The notes below the pieces were generated by a model. It did not search any database, was not told where the DNA came from, and saw only the letters and a program-made list of their open reading frames with translations. A program made the position numbers and the translations under genes. A stretch of DNA of 64,000 nucleotides from Candidatus Eiseniibacteriota bacterium (GTDB lineage: Bacteria > Eisenbacteria > RBG-16-71-46), in assembly GCA_963707915.1 (NCBI GenBank), contig OY970178.1:2048001-2112000 (forward strand). Direction: 5' to 3'. This document shows, piece by piece, positions 18,641 through 29,431 of this stretch. Position 1 is the stretch's first letter, and every line of letters begins with the position of its first letter.

Positions 18641-20083
18641 TCAATGCCGCCGCGTCGGCCCCGTCGCCCCGGTCGCCCCGGCTGCCGCCACGCGCAACAG
18701 CTCCGGCCGCGCGAGCAGCACGGCGGACCACGCCAGCAGGATCACCGCCCCGACCATCACCGCGCCCGCCGGCCCGATCCGCTGGCCGAGCAGCCCCGAG
18801 AGGATGCTCGAAATGGGCATCATGCCCATGAACGCGAGCACGAACAGCGCCATCACGCGGCCGCGCAGGTGACCGGGCACGGCCAACTGGATGGAGGTGT
18901 TGGTCAGCGAGCTGGACGCGAGCAGCGCCGCGCCCGCGAGGGTCGAGAGCGCCAGCGTGAGCGGCAGCCAGCGCGATAGCGAGAAGGCAGCGAGCAGCAC
19001 CGCGAGTGCCGCGAGGGTGAACGGGATCAGGCGGTTGCGTCCCACGCCGGCGGGCAGGCCGGCCACCACCAGCGCGCCGGCCAGCGCGCCCAGGCCGTTC
19101 GCCGCCATGACGAACGCCACCGCGCGCGACAGCTCCCGGCCGGAGAGCCCGAGCGACGTGCCCACGATCGCCGGGAGCAGCGTCATGTAGGGGAACGCGA
19201 AGACGGTCATGACGGCGGTGCTGAGGATGAGCAGGCCGACGACGCGGTCCTGGCGCGCGTAGCGCAGGCCGGCGGTGAGCTGGTGCCACGAGTCCAGCCG
19301 CCAGCCGGCGGAGCGGTCGCCCGGGGCGCCGGCGGCGGCCGGGTCGGGCCGGCCGTGACCGGCACCGGTGCGCAACCGGATCGCCCACAGCGCGGCGATG
19401 ACGAACAGGAAGCTGGCCGCGTTCACGTAGAACACCTCGCCCATGCCCGCGCCGGCGAGCACCAGGGCCGCGGCCGCGAGCGGCCCGAGCAGGCGCGCGG
19501 ACTGGAATTGCGCGGAGTTCAGGGCGATGCCGTTCATCAGCAGCCGCCGCGGCACCAGGTCGGGCAGCATGGACTGGAACGCAGGCGCCATGAACGCCAT
19601 GAAGACGCCGCCCGCGAACCCCAGCAGCGAGATGCGGACCAGCGAGCCGGCCGGGTCGCTCGAGCTCAGCAGGCCCGCGTTGTAGAGCGCGCCGAGCGCC
19701 GCGGCCTGGAGCAGCAGCACGACCTGGATGAGGATCAGCATGTGGCGGCGGTCCACGCGGTCGGCGATCGCGCCGGCGGGCAGCGCGAGGAAGAGCACCG
19801 GGACGCCGGCGAGGAAGTTGACGAGGCCGAGGTCGAACGAGGAGCGGCGGAAGCCGTAGACGACGATCCCGAACGCGTACATCTGCATCCACGAGCCGAC
19901 GTTGCTCACCAGCGCGCCCGACCAGAACAGCGTGAAGTCGCGATGTCGGAAGGACTCGAAGACGCCGTGCTGCCGTCCCGTGGCCTGCGGCGGAGCCGCG
20001 ACGTCGGCCTCCGTCGCGAGCGTCTGCGCTTCGAGGCCCGCGACTTCGTCCGGGACGGCGGCGGGCGCTCCCTGGTCCGTCAT
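18641..20083 (-). CDS. MFS transporter (MFS_3/DUF894-like)
   Basis: About 12 TM helices; SNVGSWMQ, GAIADRVDRR and LRGRVM motifs. Confidence 0.9.
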   Translation of the reverse strand: MTDQGAPAAVPDEVAGLEAQTLATEADVAAPPQATGRQHGVFESFRHRDFTLFWSGALVSNVGSWMQMYAFGIVVYGFRRSSFDLGLVNFLAGVPVLFLALPAGAIADRVDRRHMLILIQVVLLLQAAALGALYNAGLLSSSDPAGSLVRISLLGFAGGVFMAFMAPAFQSMLPDLVPRRLLMNGIALNSAQFQSARLLGPLAAAALVLAGAGMGEVFYVNAASFLFVIAALWAIRLRTGAGHGRPDPAAAGAPGDRSAGWRLDSWHQLTAGLRYARQDRVVGLLILSTAVMTVFAFPYMTLLPAIVGTSLGLSGRELSRAVAFVMAANGLGALAGALVVAGLPAGVGRNRLIPFTLAALAVLLAAFSLSRWLPLTLALSTLAGAALLASSSLTNTSIQLAVPGHLRGRVMALFVLAFMGMMPISSILSGLLGQRIGPAGAVMVGAVILLAWSAVLLARPELLRVAAAGATGATGPTRRH

Positions 20084-20116
20084 GCGATCCGGCCTGGTCC
20101 GCTCACGACGCCGCGC

Positions 20117-20965
20117 TCAGGTCGAGAACCCGAGCAGGCCGGGGTCCGGCATCATCTCGGGGCTCCAGGCGTCGGGCAGGATCTCCACTTCGCACGGCTG
20201 GAAGACCACGCTCATCGCCGCCTCCCGCACGTCCTGCGTGAGCTGGGGCGCGTAGGGGCAGAAGGGCGTGGTCAGCAGCATCCGCACGACCGTGCGCTCG
20301 GGCTCGATCACGATCTCGCGGATGAGGCCCAGGTCGATGACCGAGAGCTGGATCTCCGGGTCCATCACGGTCTCGAGCGCCGCGCGCACGGCGAACTCCT
20401 GCGCGCTCGGCGCCTTCCGGCCGGGCGGCGCCGCCGCGGCGGCGGACGCGCCGGCTTCCGAGGCCGCGGGGGACTCGAACGCGCGCCGCACCGACGACTG
20501 CCCGCCGGGCGAGTCGGTGTAGGGCGGCGGCGCGGGGCGCACGGGTGGCGCATCGGTCGGGGCCTTCGCGGCCGGCACGTTCCCGGCCGGCGGTCCCGCC
20601 GCCCGCGGCGCCGCGTTCGCCGCCGCCTGCGCCGCCTCCCGCTCGTCGCAGGTCTCGCAGGCCACCTGGACTTCGTCCCCGATCACGCGCACGGCGTGCC
20701 GCGGCACGGCGCCGGTCGCCGGCATCGCGAGCACCGCGCCGGTGCGGATGTCGAAGCGCGCCCCGTGGCGCGCGCACTCGACGACATAGCCGTCGATCGT
20801 GCCGTCCGACAGTTCGCCGCCGTCGTGCGTGCAGAGGTCGTCGAGCGCGTAGTACTGGCCACCGACGTGGAACACCGCGACCGGGTCGTCGTCCACGCGC
20901 ACGACCTTCACGCCGCCCTCGGGGATCTCCCCCACCTTCGCCACCGTCATGAATCGGTCGCTCAC
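20117..20965 (-). CDS. Rieske [2Fe-2S] ferredoxin fused to a DUF59/SufT (FeS_assembly_P) domain
   Basis: CTH...CARH Rieske motif, Pro/Ala linker, then VMDPEIQLSVIDLGLI..LTTPFCP..WSPEMM; GTG start overlaps the sufU stop. Confidence 0.85.
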   Translation of the reverse strand: MSDRFMTVAKVGEIPEGGVKVVRVDDDPVAVFHVGGQYYALDDLCTHDGGELSDGTIDGYVVECARHGARFDIRTGAVLAMPATGAVPRHAVRVIGDEVQVACETCDEREAAQAAANAAPRAAGPPAGNVPAAKAPTDAPPVRPAPPPYTDSPGGQSSVRRAFESPAASEAGASAAAAAPPGRKAPSAQEFAVRAALETVMDPEIQLSVIDLGLIREIVIEPERTVVRMLLTTPFCPYAPQLTQDVREAAMSVVFQPCEVEILPDAWSPEMMPDPGLLGFST

Positions 20966-21366
20966 TTCGTCTCCTCCTCGCCCGGCCACTGGGTCATGCC
21001 GTAGGCGCCCGCCTTCAGGGTCTTCAGGGCCAGCAGCGCGCACTTGAGGCGCACCGGCCCGAGCTCGATGCCCAGCAGCTCGAGCACGTCCTCGCGGGTG
21101 AGCGCCTTGACCTCCTCGAGCGGGCGGCCCTCGAGGCGCTCGCACAGCATCGAGGCGGCGGCCTGGCTGATGGAGCAGCCGTGTCCCGAGTGGCGGATCT
21201 TCGCGATCGTCCCGTCCTTCAGCTCGATGTCGATGCGCAGCTCGTCGCCGCACAGCGGGTTCGCGTCGCAGTAGGTGATGTCGGGGTGCTCGAGCTCGCC
21301 CCGGCAGCGCGGGTGCTTGTAGTGGTCGAGGATGTTCTCGCGGTACAGCTCGTCCCATTCGTTCAT
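20962..21366 (-). CDS. sufU: SufU/IscU-family Fe-S assembly protein
   Basis: LYRENILDHY, NPLCGD, GCSISQAAASM and RLKCALL motifs. Confidence 0.92.
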   Translation of the reverse strand: MNEWDELYRENILDHYKHPRCRGELEHPDITYCDANPLCGDELRIDIELKDGTIAKIRHSGHGCSISQAAASMLCERLEGRPLEEVKALTREDVLELLGIELGPVRLKCALLALKTLKAGAYGMTQWPGEEETK

Positions 21367-22635
21367 CAGCCGAACACCTTGCGCGCGTGGTGGAGCCCCT
21401 CGACCAGGGCGTCCACGTCCTCGGGCACGCTGTAGCAGTGGAACGAGGCGCGCGCCGAGGCGGGCACGCCCAGCCGGTCGTGCAGCGGCATCGCGCAGTG
21501 GTGTCCCGCGCGCACGGCGACGCCGCGGTGGTCGAGCACCGTGGCCACGTCGTGCGGGTGGATCGTGCCCAGCTCGAACGCGACGACCCCGCCGCGCCGC
21601 TCCGCCGGGGGACCGAGGATCCGCACGCCGGGCACCTCGCGCAGGCGATCGAGCGCGTAGCCGGCGAGCGCGCGGTCGTGCTCGAAGACCGCCTCCATCC
21701 CCAACTCCTCGTTGAACGCCACCGCCGCGCGCAGGCCCGACCGCCTCGGCGATCGCCATGGTGCCGGCCTCGAACTTCCAGGGCAGCTCGTTCCACTTCG
21801 AGCCCGCGAGCTTCACCTCGCGGATCATCTCGCCGCCGCCCAGGAAGGGCGGCATGGCCTCGAGCAGCTCGCGCCGCGCCCAGAGCGCGCCGATCCCGGT
21901 CGGCCCGAGCATCTTGTGCGCGGTGAGCGCCAGGAAGTCGCAGCCCAGCGCCTTCACGTCCACCGGCAGGTGCGGCACGCTCTGCGAGCCGTCCACCAGC
22001 GTGAGCGCGCCGGCGGCGCGGGCCTGGCGGGCGATCTCCTCGACCGGGTTCACGGTGCCGAGCACGTTCGAGACGTGCACCACGCCGACCAGCCGCACGC
22101 GCCCGTCGGCAAGCAGCCCGGGCAGCGCCTCCAGCCGCAACTCGCCCGCGTCGGTGATCGGGATGAAGCGCAGCTCGACGCCCCGCTCGGCGGCGAGGAT
22201 GTGCCACGGCACCAGGTTCGAGTGGTGCTCCATCTCGGTGAGCAGGACCACGTCGCCACGCTTCAGCGCCCAGCGGCCCCAGGCGTAGGCCACCAGGTTG
22301 ATGGCCTCGGTGCTGTTGCGCGTGAAGATCACCTCGCGGGACGGGGCGCCGATGAAGCGCGCGAGCCGGGCGCGGGCGTCCTCGTAGGCGGCGGTCGCCT
22401 CCTCGGCGATCGCGTAGATGCCGCGGTGGATGTTGGCGTTGTAGCGCCGGTAGTAGTCGTCCATCGCCGCCAGGACGCTCTCGGGCTTCTGCGAGGTCGC
22501 GGCGCTGTCGAGGTAGACCAGCGGGCGTTCGCGCTTCGCGTTCAGCAGGGGGAAGCGGCCGCGCACCTCGCGCGGATCGAAGCGCCCGCGGCCCGTGGCG
22601 GAGGCGGTCGTGGTCCCGGCCGGCGGTGTGGACAT
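21366..22635 (-). CDS. sufS: Cysteine desulfurase SufS; apparent +1 frameshift near 21737
   Basis: YLDSAATSQKP, EHHSN and HKMLGPTG lie in one frame and the catalytic RAGHHCA in another. Removing one base at 21736-21738 restores EAVGLRAAVAFN. Confidence 0.88.
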
Positions 22636-22640
22636 GGGGC

Positions 22641-23988
22641 CTATCCGATCTTGGCCTGGATCATCCCGCGCAGTTGCTCGCGCACGCTCTCGAGCGGGAT
22701 GCGGTCCAGGACGGGCGCGAAGAACCCTTCGACGACGAGGCGCTGGGCCGTCGTCGCGGGGCATCCCGCGCGTCATGAGGTAGTACATCTGCTCCGCGTC
22801 CACCGTGCCGACCGTGGCCCCGTGCGTGCAGCGCACGTCGTTGGCCAGGATCTCCAGGCCGGGGATGCTGTCCGCGCGCGCCGTGTCGGAGAGCAACAGG
22901 TTGCGGTTGGCCTGGTACGCGTCGGTGCGCTGCGCCCCGCGGGCCACCTGGATGGTGCCCTGGTAGACGCTGCGGGCACGGTCCTTGAGCGCGCTCTTGA
23001 TGAGCAGGTCGCTGGTGGTCTGCTCGGCCACGTGCTTCTGCAGGGTGTGCAGGTCGAAGTGCTGGCGCTGGTCGCCGAACATGAAGCCGTGCACGAAGGC
23101 GCTCGCGCCCGCGCCCACGAGCTCGAAGTAGGAGTTGGTCTTGGTCGTCCGGCCGCCCAGGAAGGTCTGGATCCACTGCAGCTCGCCGCCGCGCTCGACG
23201 CGCGCGCGCTGGTTCGAGTAGTGGGTCACGTTGCGGCCCCATTCCTGGAGATGCCCGTAGACCAGCTTCGCGTCCTCGCCGACGAAGACCTCGGTGCCGC
23301 CGCTGAAGAACGCGGGGCCGTCGGCCGTCTCCGAGAGGCACTCCTCGAGCACCGTCGCGCTCGCGCCGCGGCCCAGCACGATGACCGTGCCCGGGGCGCC
23401 GGCCACGCCCGCGCCGTCCAGCCACTGGACCAGGCGGATCGGCAGCTCGGCCTGCACGCCGTCCGGCACCCAGACGAACGCGCCGCCCGCGCGCATGGCC
23501 TGGTGGAGCGCGGCGAAACGGTCGAGGTCGGTCTCGATCAGCGCGCCGAGGCGGTCCTCGAGCTTCCCGGCGTGCTCGCGCAGCGCGCGCTCCATCGCGC
23601 AGACGATCACGCCCTGCCGCGCCAGGTCGGGATGCGCGTGCTCCAGCACCACCGCGCCGTTGCGCTGGACCAGCAGGCCGAGGTTCGCGGCCTCCCCCGC
23701 CAGTCGCGCGACCAACGCCGCCGGCAGGTCGTCCACGTCGCGCGCGGCGAGCCCGGGCGCGAACGGGTCCAGCTCGCCGAGCGCGAGCGTCCCGAAATCG
23801 GTGCGCCGCCACAGGTCGAGCCTGCGGTCCGGGAAGGGCAGGCCCGCCGCCACCGCGGCCGCCCCGCGCCGCTGCTCCAGCGCCCACTCCGGCTCGTTCG
23901 CGCTCACGGCGCGCTCCAGCGCCAGCGCGGGCCAGCCGTCGAGCCCGCCCGCCACCGGCCGCGCCGCTGTCCTCGTCTCGGCCGTCAT
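22641..23988 (-). CDS. sufD: Fe-S assembly protein SufD; apparent +1 frameshift near 22748
   Basis: [29 protein letters not shown] and YYLMTRG motifs. Removing one base restores [12 protein letters not shown]...AKIG* with the stop at 22641-22643. Confidence 0.88.
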
Positions 23989-25400
23989 CCTACCGAGCCC
24001 TCCATCTGGAGCTGGATCAGGCGGTTCATCTCGACCGCGTACTCCATCGGCAGCTCCTTGACCACCGGCTCGATGAAGCCGGCCACGATCATCGCCGCCG
24101 CCTCGTCCTTGGGCACGCCGCGGCTGGTCAGGTAGAAGAGTTGCTCGTCGCCGATCTTCGAGACCGTCGCCTCGTGCCCGATCGAGACCTGGTCCTCCTC
24201 GATCTCCATGGTCGGGTAGGTGTCCGAGCGCGAGCCCTCGTCGAGGATCAGCGCGTCGCAGTTCACCGTGCTCCGGCAGTTCACCGCGCCTTTGGCGACC
24301 TTCACCAGCCCGCGGTAGCCGGCCCGCCCGCCGTCCTTGCTGATCGATTTCGAGACGATCTTGCTGGTGGTGTTGGGCGCCACGTGCACCGCCTTCGCAC
24401 CCGCGTCCTGGTGTTGGCCGGACCCTGCAAAAGCGATCGACAAGACCTCGCCGTGCGCTCCCGGCTCCATCAGATAGATTGCCGGATACTTCATCGTCAG
24501 CTTGGACCCCAAATTCCCGTCGACCCACTCCATGGTGGCGTCGCGGTAGGCAGCGGCGCGCTTGGTCACCAGGTTGTAGACGTTGTTCGACCAGTTCTGG
24601 ATGGTGGTGTAGCGGCAGCGCCCGCCGGCCTTGACGACGATCTCGACCACGGCGGAGTGGAGCGAGTCGCTGGAGTAGGTCGGCGCGGTGCAGCCTTCCA
24701 CGTAGTGCACGAAGGCGCCCTCGTCGACGATGATCAACGTGCGCTCGAACTGGCCCATGTCCTTGGTGTTGATGCGGAAGTAGGCCTGCAGCGGCACGTC
24801 CACGCGCACCCCCTTCGGCACGTAGATGAACGAGCCGCCCGACCAGACCGCGGAGTTGAGCGCGGCGAACTTGTTGTCGGTCGGCGGGATCACCGTGCCG
24901 AAGTACCGGCGGAAGAGCTCCTCGTGGTCGCGCAGCGCGTGGTCGGTCGAGAGGAACAGCACGCCCAGCTTCGCGAGGTTCTCCTTGATCTTGTGGTAGA
25001 CGACCTCGGAGTCGTATTGCGCGCCGACGCCGGAGAGGAACTTCTGCTCGGCCTCGGGGATACCCAGCCGGTCGAAGGTCCGCTTCATGTCCGCCGGCAC
25101 GTCCTCCCAGGACTTCGCCTCCTGCTCGGTCGGCTTGACGTAGTAGTAGATGTCGTCGAAATCGATGTGCGAGAGGTCGCCGCCCCAGGTCGGCATGGGC
25201 TTCTTGCGGAAGGTCTCCAGCGCCTTGAGCCGGAACTCCAGCATCCAGGCCGGCTCCCCCTTCATCTGCGAGATGCCGCGGACGATCTCGGGGTCGAGGC
25301 CCTTGCGCGCCTTGAACACGAACTGGTCGGCGTCGTGGAAGCCGTACTTCTCGGTGTAGCTCTCCCGGATGCCCCCGGTGGGGATCTTCGGAGCGCTCAT
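23985..25400 (-). CDS. sufB: Fe-S assembly protein SufB
   Basis: [34 protein letters not shown] and PMEYAVE motifs. Confidence 0.96.
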   Translation of the reverse strand: MSAPKIPTGGIRESYTEKYGFHDADQFVFKARKGLDPEIVRGISQMKGEPAWMLEFRLKALETFRKKPMPTWGGDLSHIDFDDIYYYVKPTEQEAKSWEDVPADMKRTFDRLGIPEAEQKFLSGVGAQYDSEVVYHKIKENLAKLGVLFLSTDHALRDHEELFRRYFGTVIPPTDNKFAALNSAVWSGGSFIYVPKGVRVDVPLQAYFRINTKDMGQFERTLIIVDEGAFVHYVEGCTAPTYSSDSLHSAVVEIVVKAGGRCRYTTIQNWSNNVYNLVTKRAAAYRDATMEWVDGNLGSKLTMKYPAIYLMEPGAHGEVLSIAFAGSGQHQDAGAKAVHVAPNTTSKIVSKSISKDGGRAGYRGLVKVAKGAVNCRSTVNCDALILDEGSRSDTYPTMEIEEDQVSIGHEATVSKIGDEQLFYLTSRGVPKDEAAAMIVAGFIEPVVKELPMEYAVEMNRLIQLQMEGSVG

Positions 25401-26200
25401 TGCGTCGCCGGTTCCTTCCCCGCGCGGACGAAGTCGTACCCGCGGTTCTCCAGCTCGAGCGCCAGCTCCGGGCCGCCCGAGAGCGTGATGCGGCCGTCCA
25501 GCATGACGTGGACGTGCTGCGGCCGGATGTAGTCGAGGATGCGCTGGTAGTGCGTGATGACCAGCACCCCGAGGTCCGGCCCGGCGAGCGCGTTCACGCC
25601 CTCGGAGACGATGCGCAGCGCGTCGATGTCGAGCCCCGAGTCGGTCTCGTCCATGATCGCGATCTCGGGCTTGAGCATCGCCATCTGCAGGATCTCGGTG
25701 CGCTTCTTCTCGCCGCCCGAGAAGCCGTCGTTGAGGTAGCGCAGGGCGAACGACTCGTCCATCTTGAGCAACGCCATGTGCTCGCGCAGCAGCGCGCGGA
25801 ACTCCTTGGGCGCGATCCCCCGCTTCGCGGGCATGGCGCCGTCGGCCGTCGCGTCGCGAGGGGCGAGCCGCGCGTTGAGCGCGGTGCGCAGGAAGTTGGA
25901 GACGGTCACGCCCGGGATCGCGACCGGGTACTGGAAGGCCAGGAACAAGCCGGCGCGCGAGCGCGCGTCGGTCTCCAGGCCGAGGATGCTCTCCCCCTTG
26001 AAGCGGATGTCCCCGCCGGTCACCTGGTAGCGCGGGTGGCCCATGAGGGTGTTCGCGAGCGTGCTCTTGCCCGAGCCGTTCGGTCCCATCAGGGCGTGCA
26101 CTTCCCCCTTGCGCACCTCGAGGCTCAGGCCCTTGAGGATCTCCTTGCCCTCCACCGCGACGTGGAGGTCCTGCACGATGAGATCGGCGGTCTGGCTCAT
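25397..26200 (-). CDS. sufC: Fe-S assembly ATPase SufC
   Basis: [22 protein letters not shown] and DETDSGLD motifs. Confidence 0.96.
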   Translation of the reverse strand: MSQTADLIVQDLHVAVEGKEILKGLSLEVRKGEVHALMGPNGSGKSTLANTLMGHPRYQVTGGDIRFKGESILGLETDARSRAGLFLAFQYPVAIPGVTVSNFLRTALNARLAPRDATADGAMPAKRGIAPKEFRALLREHMALLKMDESFALRYLNDGFSGGEKKRTEILQMAMLKPEIAIMDETDSGLDIDALRIVSEGVNALAGPDLGVLVITHYQRILDYIRPQHVHVMLDGRITLSGGPELALELENRGYDFVRAGKEPATQ

Positions 26201-26249
26201 GTGTCCGGCCCTTCTCCTTCTTCGTTGCGGCCGCTCGCGGCCCGGGTCC

Positions 26250-26816
26250 TCACTGGATCTCTGCGACGCTCACGTACACCGGGTGCGGGCGTTTCGGGCC
26301 GCGGCCCGGCGACGCGCTCTTCAGTCCGGCCACCAGCGCCGGCGCCTGCTCCATCCCGTGATCCTGCTGACAGCCGACGCAACCCTTCGCCGTCGAGGCC
26401 GGGGCTGCGCAGACCCGGCAGGCCTCGAGGTACGCGAGCCCGGCGGACAGCTCGCGCTCGAGCTGCTGGGAGCGCCGCACCGCCTCGCGCGTGTCCTCGA
26501 GCTTGCGCCTGAACAGCGAGCGCAGGGTGTCCATGGCCTCGGGGCCCAGTCCCGCGTCCCACCAGGCGCGGACCAGCTCGCGCATCTCCTGCAGCGAGAA
26601 GCCCATGCCGTGGAAGAGCCCGATCCAGCGCACGCGCTCGACCGCGCCCGGTTCGTAGAGGCGGAAGCCGCCGCTGGTGCGCGACGCGGGCCGCAGCAGT
26701 CCCAGCTCCTCGTACAGGTGGATGGCCCGGACGGTCTTGCCCGTCATCCGGGCCAGGTCACCGATGCGCAGGAGCCTGGGAGTCTGGCTGGGTTCCAAGG
26801 TCGAGTCGATGGTCAT
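26250..26816 (-). CDS. MerR-family transcriptional regulator with C-terminal CxxC-x9-CxxC
   Basis: [47 protein letters not shown]...CVGC. Confidence 0.88.
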   Translation of the reverse strand: MTIDSTLEPSQTPRLLRIGDLARMTGKTVRAIHLYEELGLLRPASRTSGGFRLYEPGAVERVRWIGLFHGMGFSLQEMRELVRAWWDAGLGPEAMDTLRSLFRRKLEDTREAVRRSQQLERELSAGLAYLEACRVCAAPASTAKGCVGCQQDHGMEQAPALVAGLKSASPGRGPKRPHPVYVSVAEIQ

Positions 26817-26817
26817 G

Positions 26818-26861
26818 AGCCTCACCCTTACGTTAACGTTAGATTCAACGCGCAACGTAAG
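26818..26861 (-). promoter_or_regulatory. MerR-type promoter/operator: TTGAAT, 19-bp spacer containing the dyad CTAACGTTAACGTAAG, then GAGGCT
   Basis: Perfect palindrome ACGTTAACGT at 26830-26839 in an AT-rich patch; extra half-site at 26854-26861; 19-bp spacing is typical of MerR promoters. Confidence 0.6.
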
Positions 26862-27067
26862 TGATTCGAACGGATATCGCAACCGAAAGGTGTCCTGACC
26901 GGGAGCCAGCCTAGGGCGGCCGATACGAGACCTAATCAGGTCTCAAGTATCTACCGCAACCACATCAGCCGATTCGCCGAAGGCCCTCGGGCTCAGCGCC
27001 GACCACCGGGCCGAGCAGTGGCCTCCGGGCCCTCGACGGCCCCTGGCCTCAGCGACCGGTCTGCCAG

Positions 27068-27365
27068 AGATCAGACCGGGGACATGGGTGACCCTTTGAG
27101 GGCTCAGCGCCGGTAGGGCCGCCGGCGCTCGGAAGACGGCAGGTCCACGATCGGGGCGAGCAGCCCGAAGCGCCGGTCGCGCCGCCCGACGGCGCGCGAG
27201 GTCCAGCACCCCGATCGGCATCGAGCCAAAGTGGACCCGCCAGGAATGGTTCTCGCCCTCCTCGAGCCCGACGCGCTCGCCAGCGAGACAGAGACTCACG
27301 TACCACTGAGTGGCGCCGATGTGAACTAACATGGAGAAGTAGTCCATCCTGACGTCCATCGCCAC
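27068..27365 (-). mobile_element. Degenerate IS481-like transposase 3' end and terminal remnant
   Basis: Translation YVSLCLAGERVGLEEGENHSWRVHFGSMPIGVLD resembles IS481-family C-termini. It is followed by GTCACCCATGTCCCCGGTCT, which resembles their terminal repeats. Confidence 0.55.
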
Positions 27366-27379
27366 TCACGGAGGGTTCT

Positions 27380-29431
27380 GTGCGCAGAGTCACTCTGATG
27401 GTTCTGGTCGCTGGGGCTGCGGCGATTCTCTGTGCGCAGGGGCCCGTCTCTGCGATTGGCGATCCCCGGGGCACCGCGAGATCCGTTCATCCTCCCGATG
27501 CGAGGGCCGAACTCGCCGCAGTGCCGAGTGCTACCGAAAGCGTGGCCGACACGCAGTGGGCGTCCAACGGACGACCGATCTGCATCGCCTCATACGATCA
27601 GGTGCTGCCGTCGGTCGCATCGGATGGCGAGGCGGGTGCATTCGTTGCCTGGACCGACTATCGACCAACCGGCCCGAGGGTGTTCATGCAACGCGTCCTA
27701 GCCGATGGTGAGATCGCCCCGGGATGGCCTGCCAATGGCCTTTCGGTTTCGCAGGCGGCGCAGTTCGTGCAGGGACCAGCTAGCGTGGCCGACGGCGATG
27801 GGGGCGCCTACGTGGTCTGGGCGAACGGCACGAATCACGTGTATTCGGTGTTCGCCCAGCATGTCGACGGATCGGGCAACGTCGCGGCCGGGTGGCCCAC
27901 GGAAGGCCTCCATGTGGCGACGGCCCCAGGCAATCAGTACAGACCCTGCGCGGCGACCGACGGCGGCGGCGGCATCTACGTCGTCTGGCAGGATGACCGC
28001 AACGGGGTGGACAACCCGGACCTGTACATCCAGCGAATCGGGATGGACGGGACGCCCGCTGCCGGCTGGGACTCCACCGGGACTCCTCTGTGCACGAGTC
28101 CTGGATTTCAGTACGGGGCGGCGCTTTGCCCCGACGGATCGGGCGGCGTGATCGTGGTCTGGGTGGACGGCTATCAAGTTTCTGCCATGCGGATGACTTC
28201 CGCCGGGGTGCCTGCGTCCGATTGGCCGGTGAACGGCGTGATCGCAAGGTCGGACACCACGTACGTGCAGAACGCTATCGTCGCCAGCGACTCGGCAGGT
28301 GGCTGCTTCGTCAGCTGGATCGACAATCGCGAGGCAGGGATCTCCGTCTTCGTCCAGCACCTTGGTTCAACGGGACAGTCCGCGGTGGGGTGGCCCAGCG
28401 GAGGCAGGCCCGTAGGTGCGACCGGAGTGATCCAGCAGTTTCATGCAATTTCGGCGGACGGCTCGGGCGGCCTTTACGTGGCCTGGTGGGAGGAGGTCGG
28501 GCTCCGTGCGACCCGGCTCACGAGTTCCGGTGAGACGTCGTTGCCGTGGCCTGCCGACGGACAGATCATCAGTGGTCCGTGGATGATCCTCGGCTACGGT
28601 GCACCGGTGCTGCTCACGGACGCCAATCTAGACCTGCACCTGGTCTGGAACGAGGAACGGTATCTGAACCCTTCGGGGCTGGATTTGTTCGCGGTCTGCC
28701 TCACGCCTGACGGTGCCTTCGCTCCTGGCTGGCCGGCTGGGCCCATGGTGTTCTGCAATGCGTCCGGGAGTCAGGGGTCACCAGCAGCGGTTCTCGACGC
28801 GACTGGCTGCACAGTCGCCTGGAAAGACCAGCGGAACGGGAACTGGGACATCTACGCGGCTCGACTCACGGGGGACGGGATCGTGCCGACGCTGCTGGCA
28901 CTCGCCGACGTCAGCGTCGAGCCGGAACGGGTCCGCTTGCGTTGGTACGCGGGGAGCGGTTCACCCGTCGCCGCAACCGTCTATCGCCGCACTCCGAGCA
29001 GCGAGTGGAGCCGCCGCGCGGAGTGCGAAGCAAATGGATCGGGGTTGTTCGTCTACGAGGACGATGACGTGCTGGCGGGTGGTCGATACGGCTACCGCCT
29101 CGGAGCCGCCAATGGGGTGGGAGACGCGCTCACCGAGGAGACCTGGGTGGACGTGCCGCAGTGGGGCGCGCTGGTGCTCGCAGGCGCATGTCCGAATCCT
29201 GTGACGGGGACACTGACGGTCGCCTTTTCCCTTCCGACCGGCGCTCCTGCGACGCTCCTGCTGCTGGATGTGAGTGGGCGACGGGTGATCGAAAGGGAAG
29301 TCGGGCATCTAGGTGCGGGGAGACACCTGCTGCCCTTGCTGGGCACGGCACAGCCTGCAAGCGGCGTGTACTGGCTTAGATTGACCCAGGGGCGCGAAAC
29401 GGCAACGACCCGCTGTGCGGTCATCCGGTAG
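27380..29431 (+). CDS. Secreted repeat protein (DGxGG-x-VxW repeats) with C-terminal FlgD/T9SS-type-A-like sorting domain
   Basis: Signal peptide, about 7 repeats, and a C-terminus PNP...LDVSGRRV...SGVYWLRLTQG; lower GC than its flanks. Confidence 0.75.
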   Translation: MRRVTLMVLVAGAAAILCAQGPVSAIGDPRGTARSVHPPDARAELAAVPSATESVADTQWASNGRPICIASYDQVLPSVASDGEAGAFVAWTDYRPTGPRVFMQRVLADGEIAPGWPANGLSVSQAAQFVQGPASVADGDGGAYVVWANGTNHVYSVFAQHVDGSGNVAAGWPTEGLHVATAPGNQYRPCAATDGGGGIYVVWQDDRNGVDNPDLYIQRIGMDGTPAAGWDSTGTPLCTSPGFQYGAALCPDGSGGVIVVWVDGYQVSAMRMTSAGVPASDWPVNGVIARSDTTYVQNAIVASDSAGGCFVSWIDNREAGISVFVQHLGSTGQSAVGWPSGGRPVGATGVIQQFHAISADGSGGLYVAWWEEVGLRATRLTSSGETSLPWPADGQIISGPWMILGYGAPVLLTDANLDLHLVWNEERYLNPSGLDLFAVCLTPDGAFAPGWPAGPMVFCNASGSQGSPAAVLDATGCTVAWKDQRNGNWDIYAARLTGDGIVPTLLALADVSVEPERVRLRWYAGSGSPVAATVYRRTPSSEWSRRAECEANGSGLFVYEDDDVLAGGRYGYRLGAANGVGDALTEETWVDVPQWGALVLAGACPNPVTGTLTVAFSLPTGAPATLLLLDVSGRRVIEREVGHLGAGRHLLPLLGTAQPASGVYWLRLTQGRETATTRCAVIR

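Noticed and set aside
20962..24528. 1188-aa SufD-SufS-SufU fusion ORF in the track
   Set aside because: It arises from two single-base insertions; the junction segments are out-of-frame nonsense and each gene has its own start and stop.
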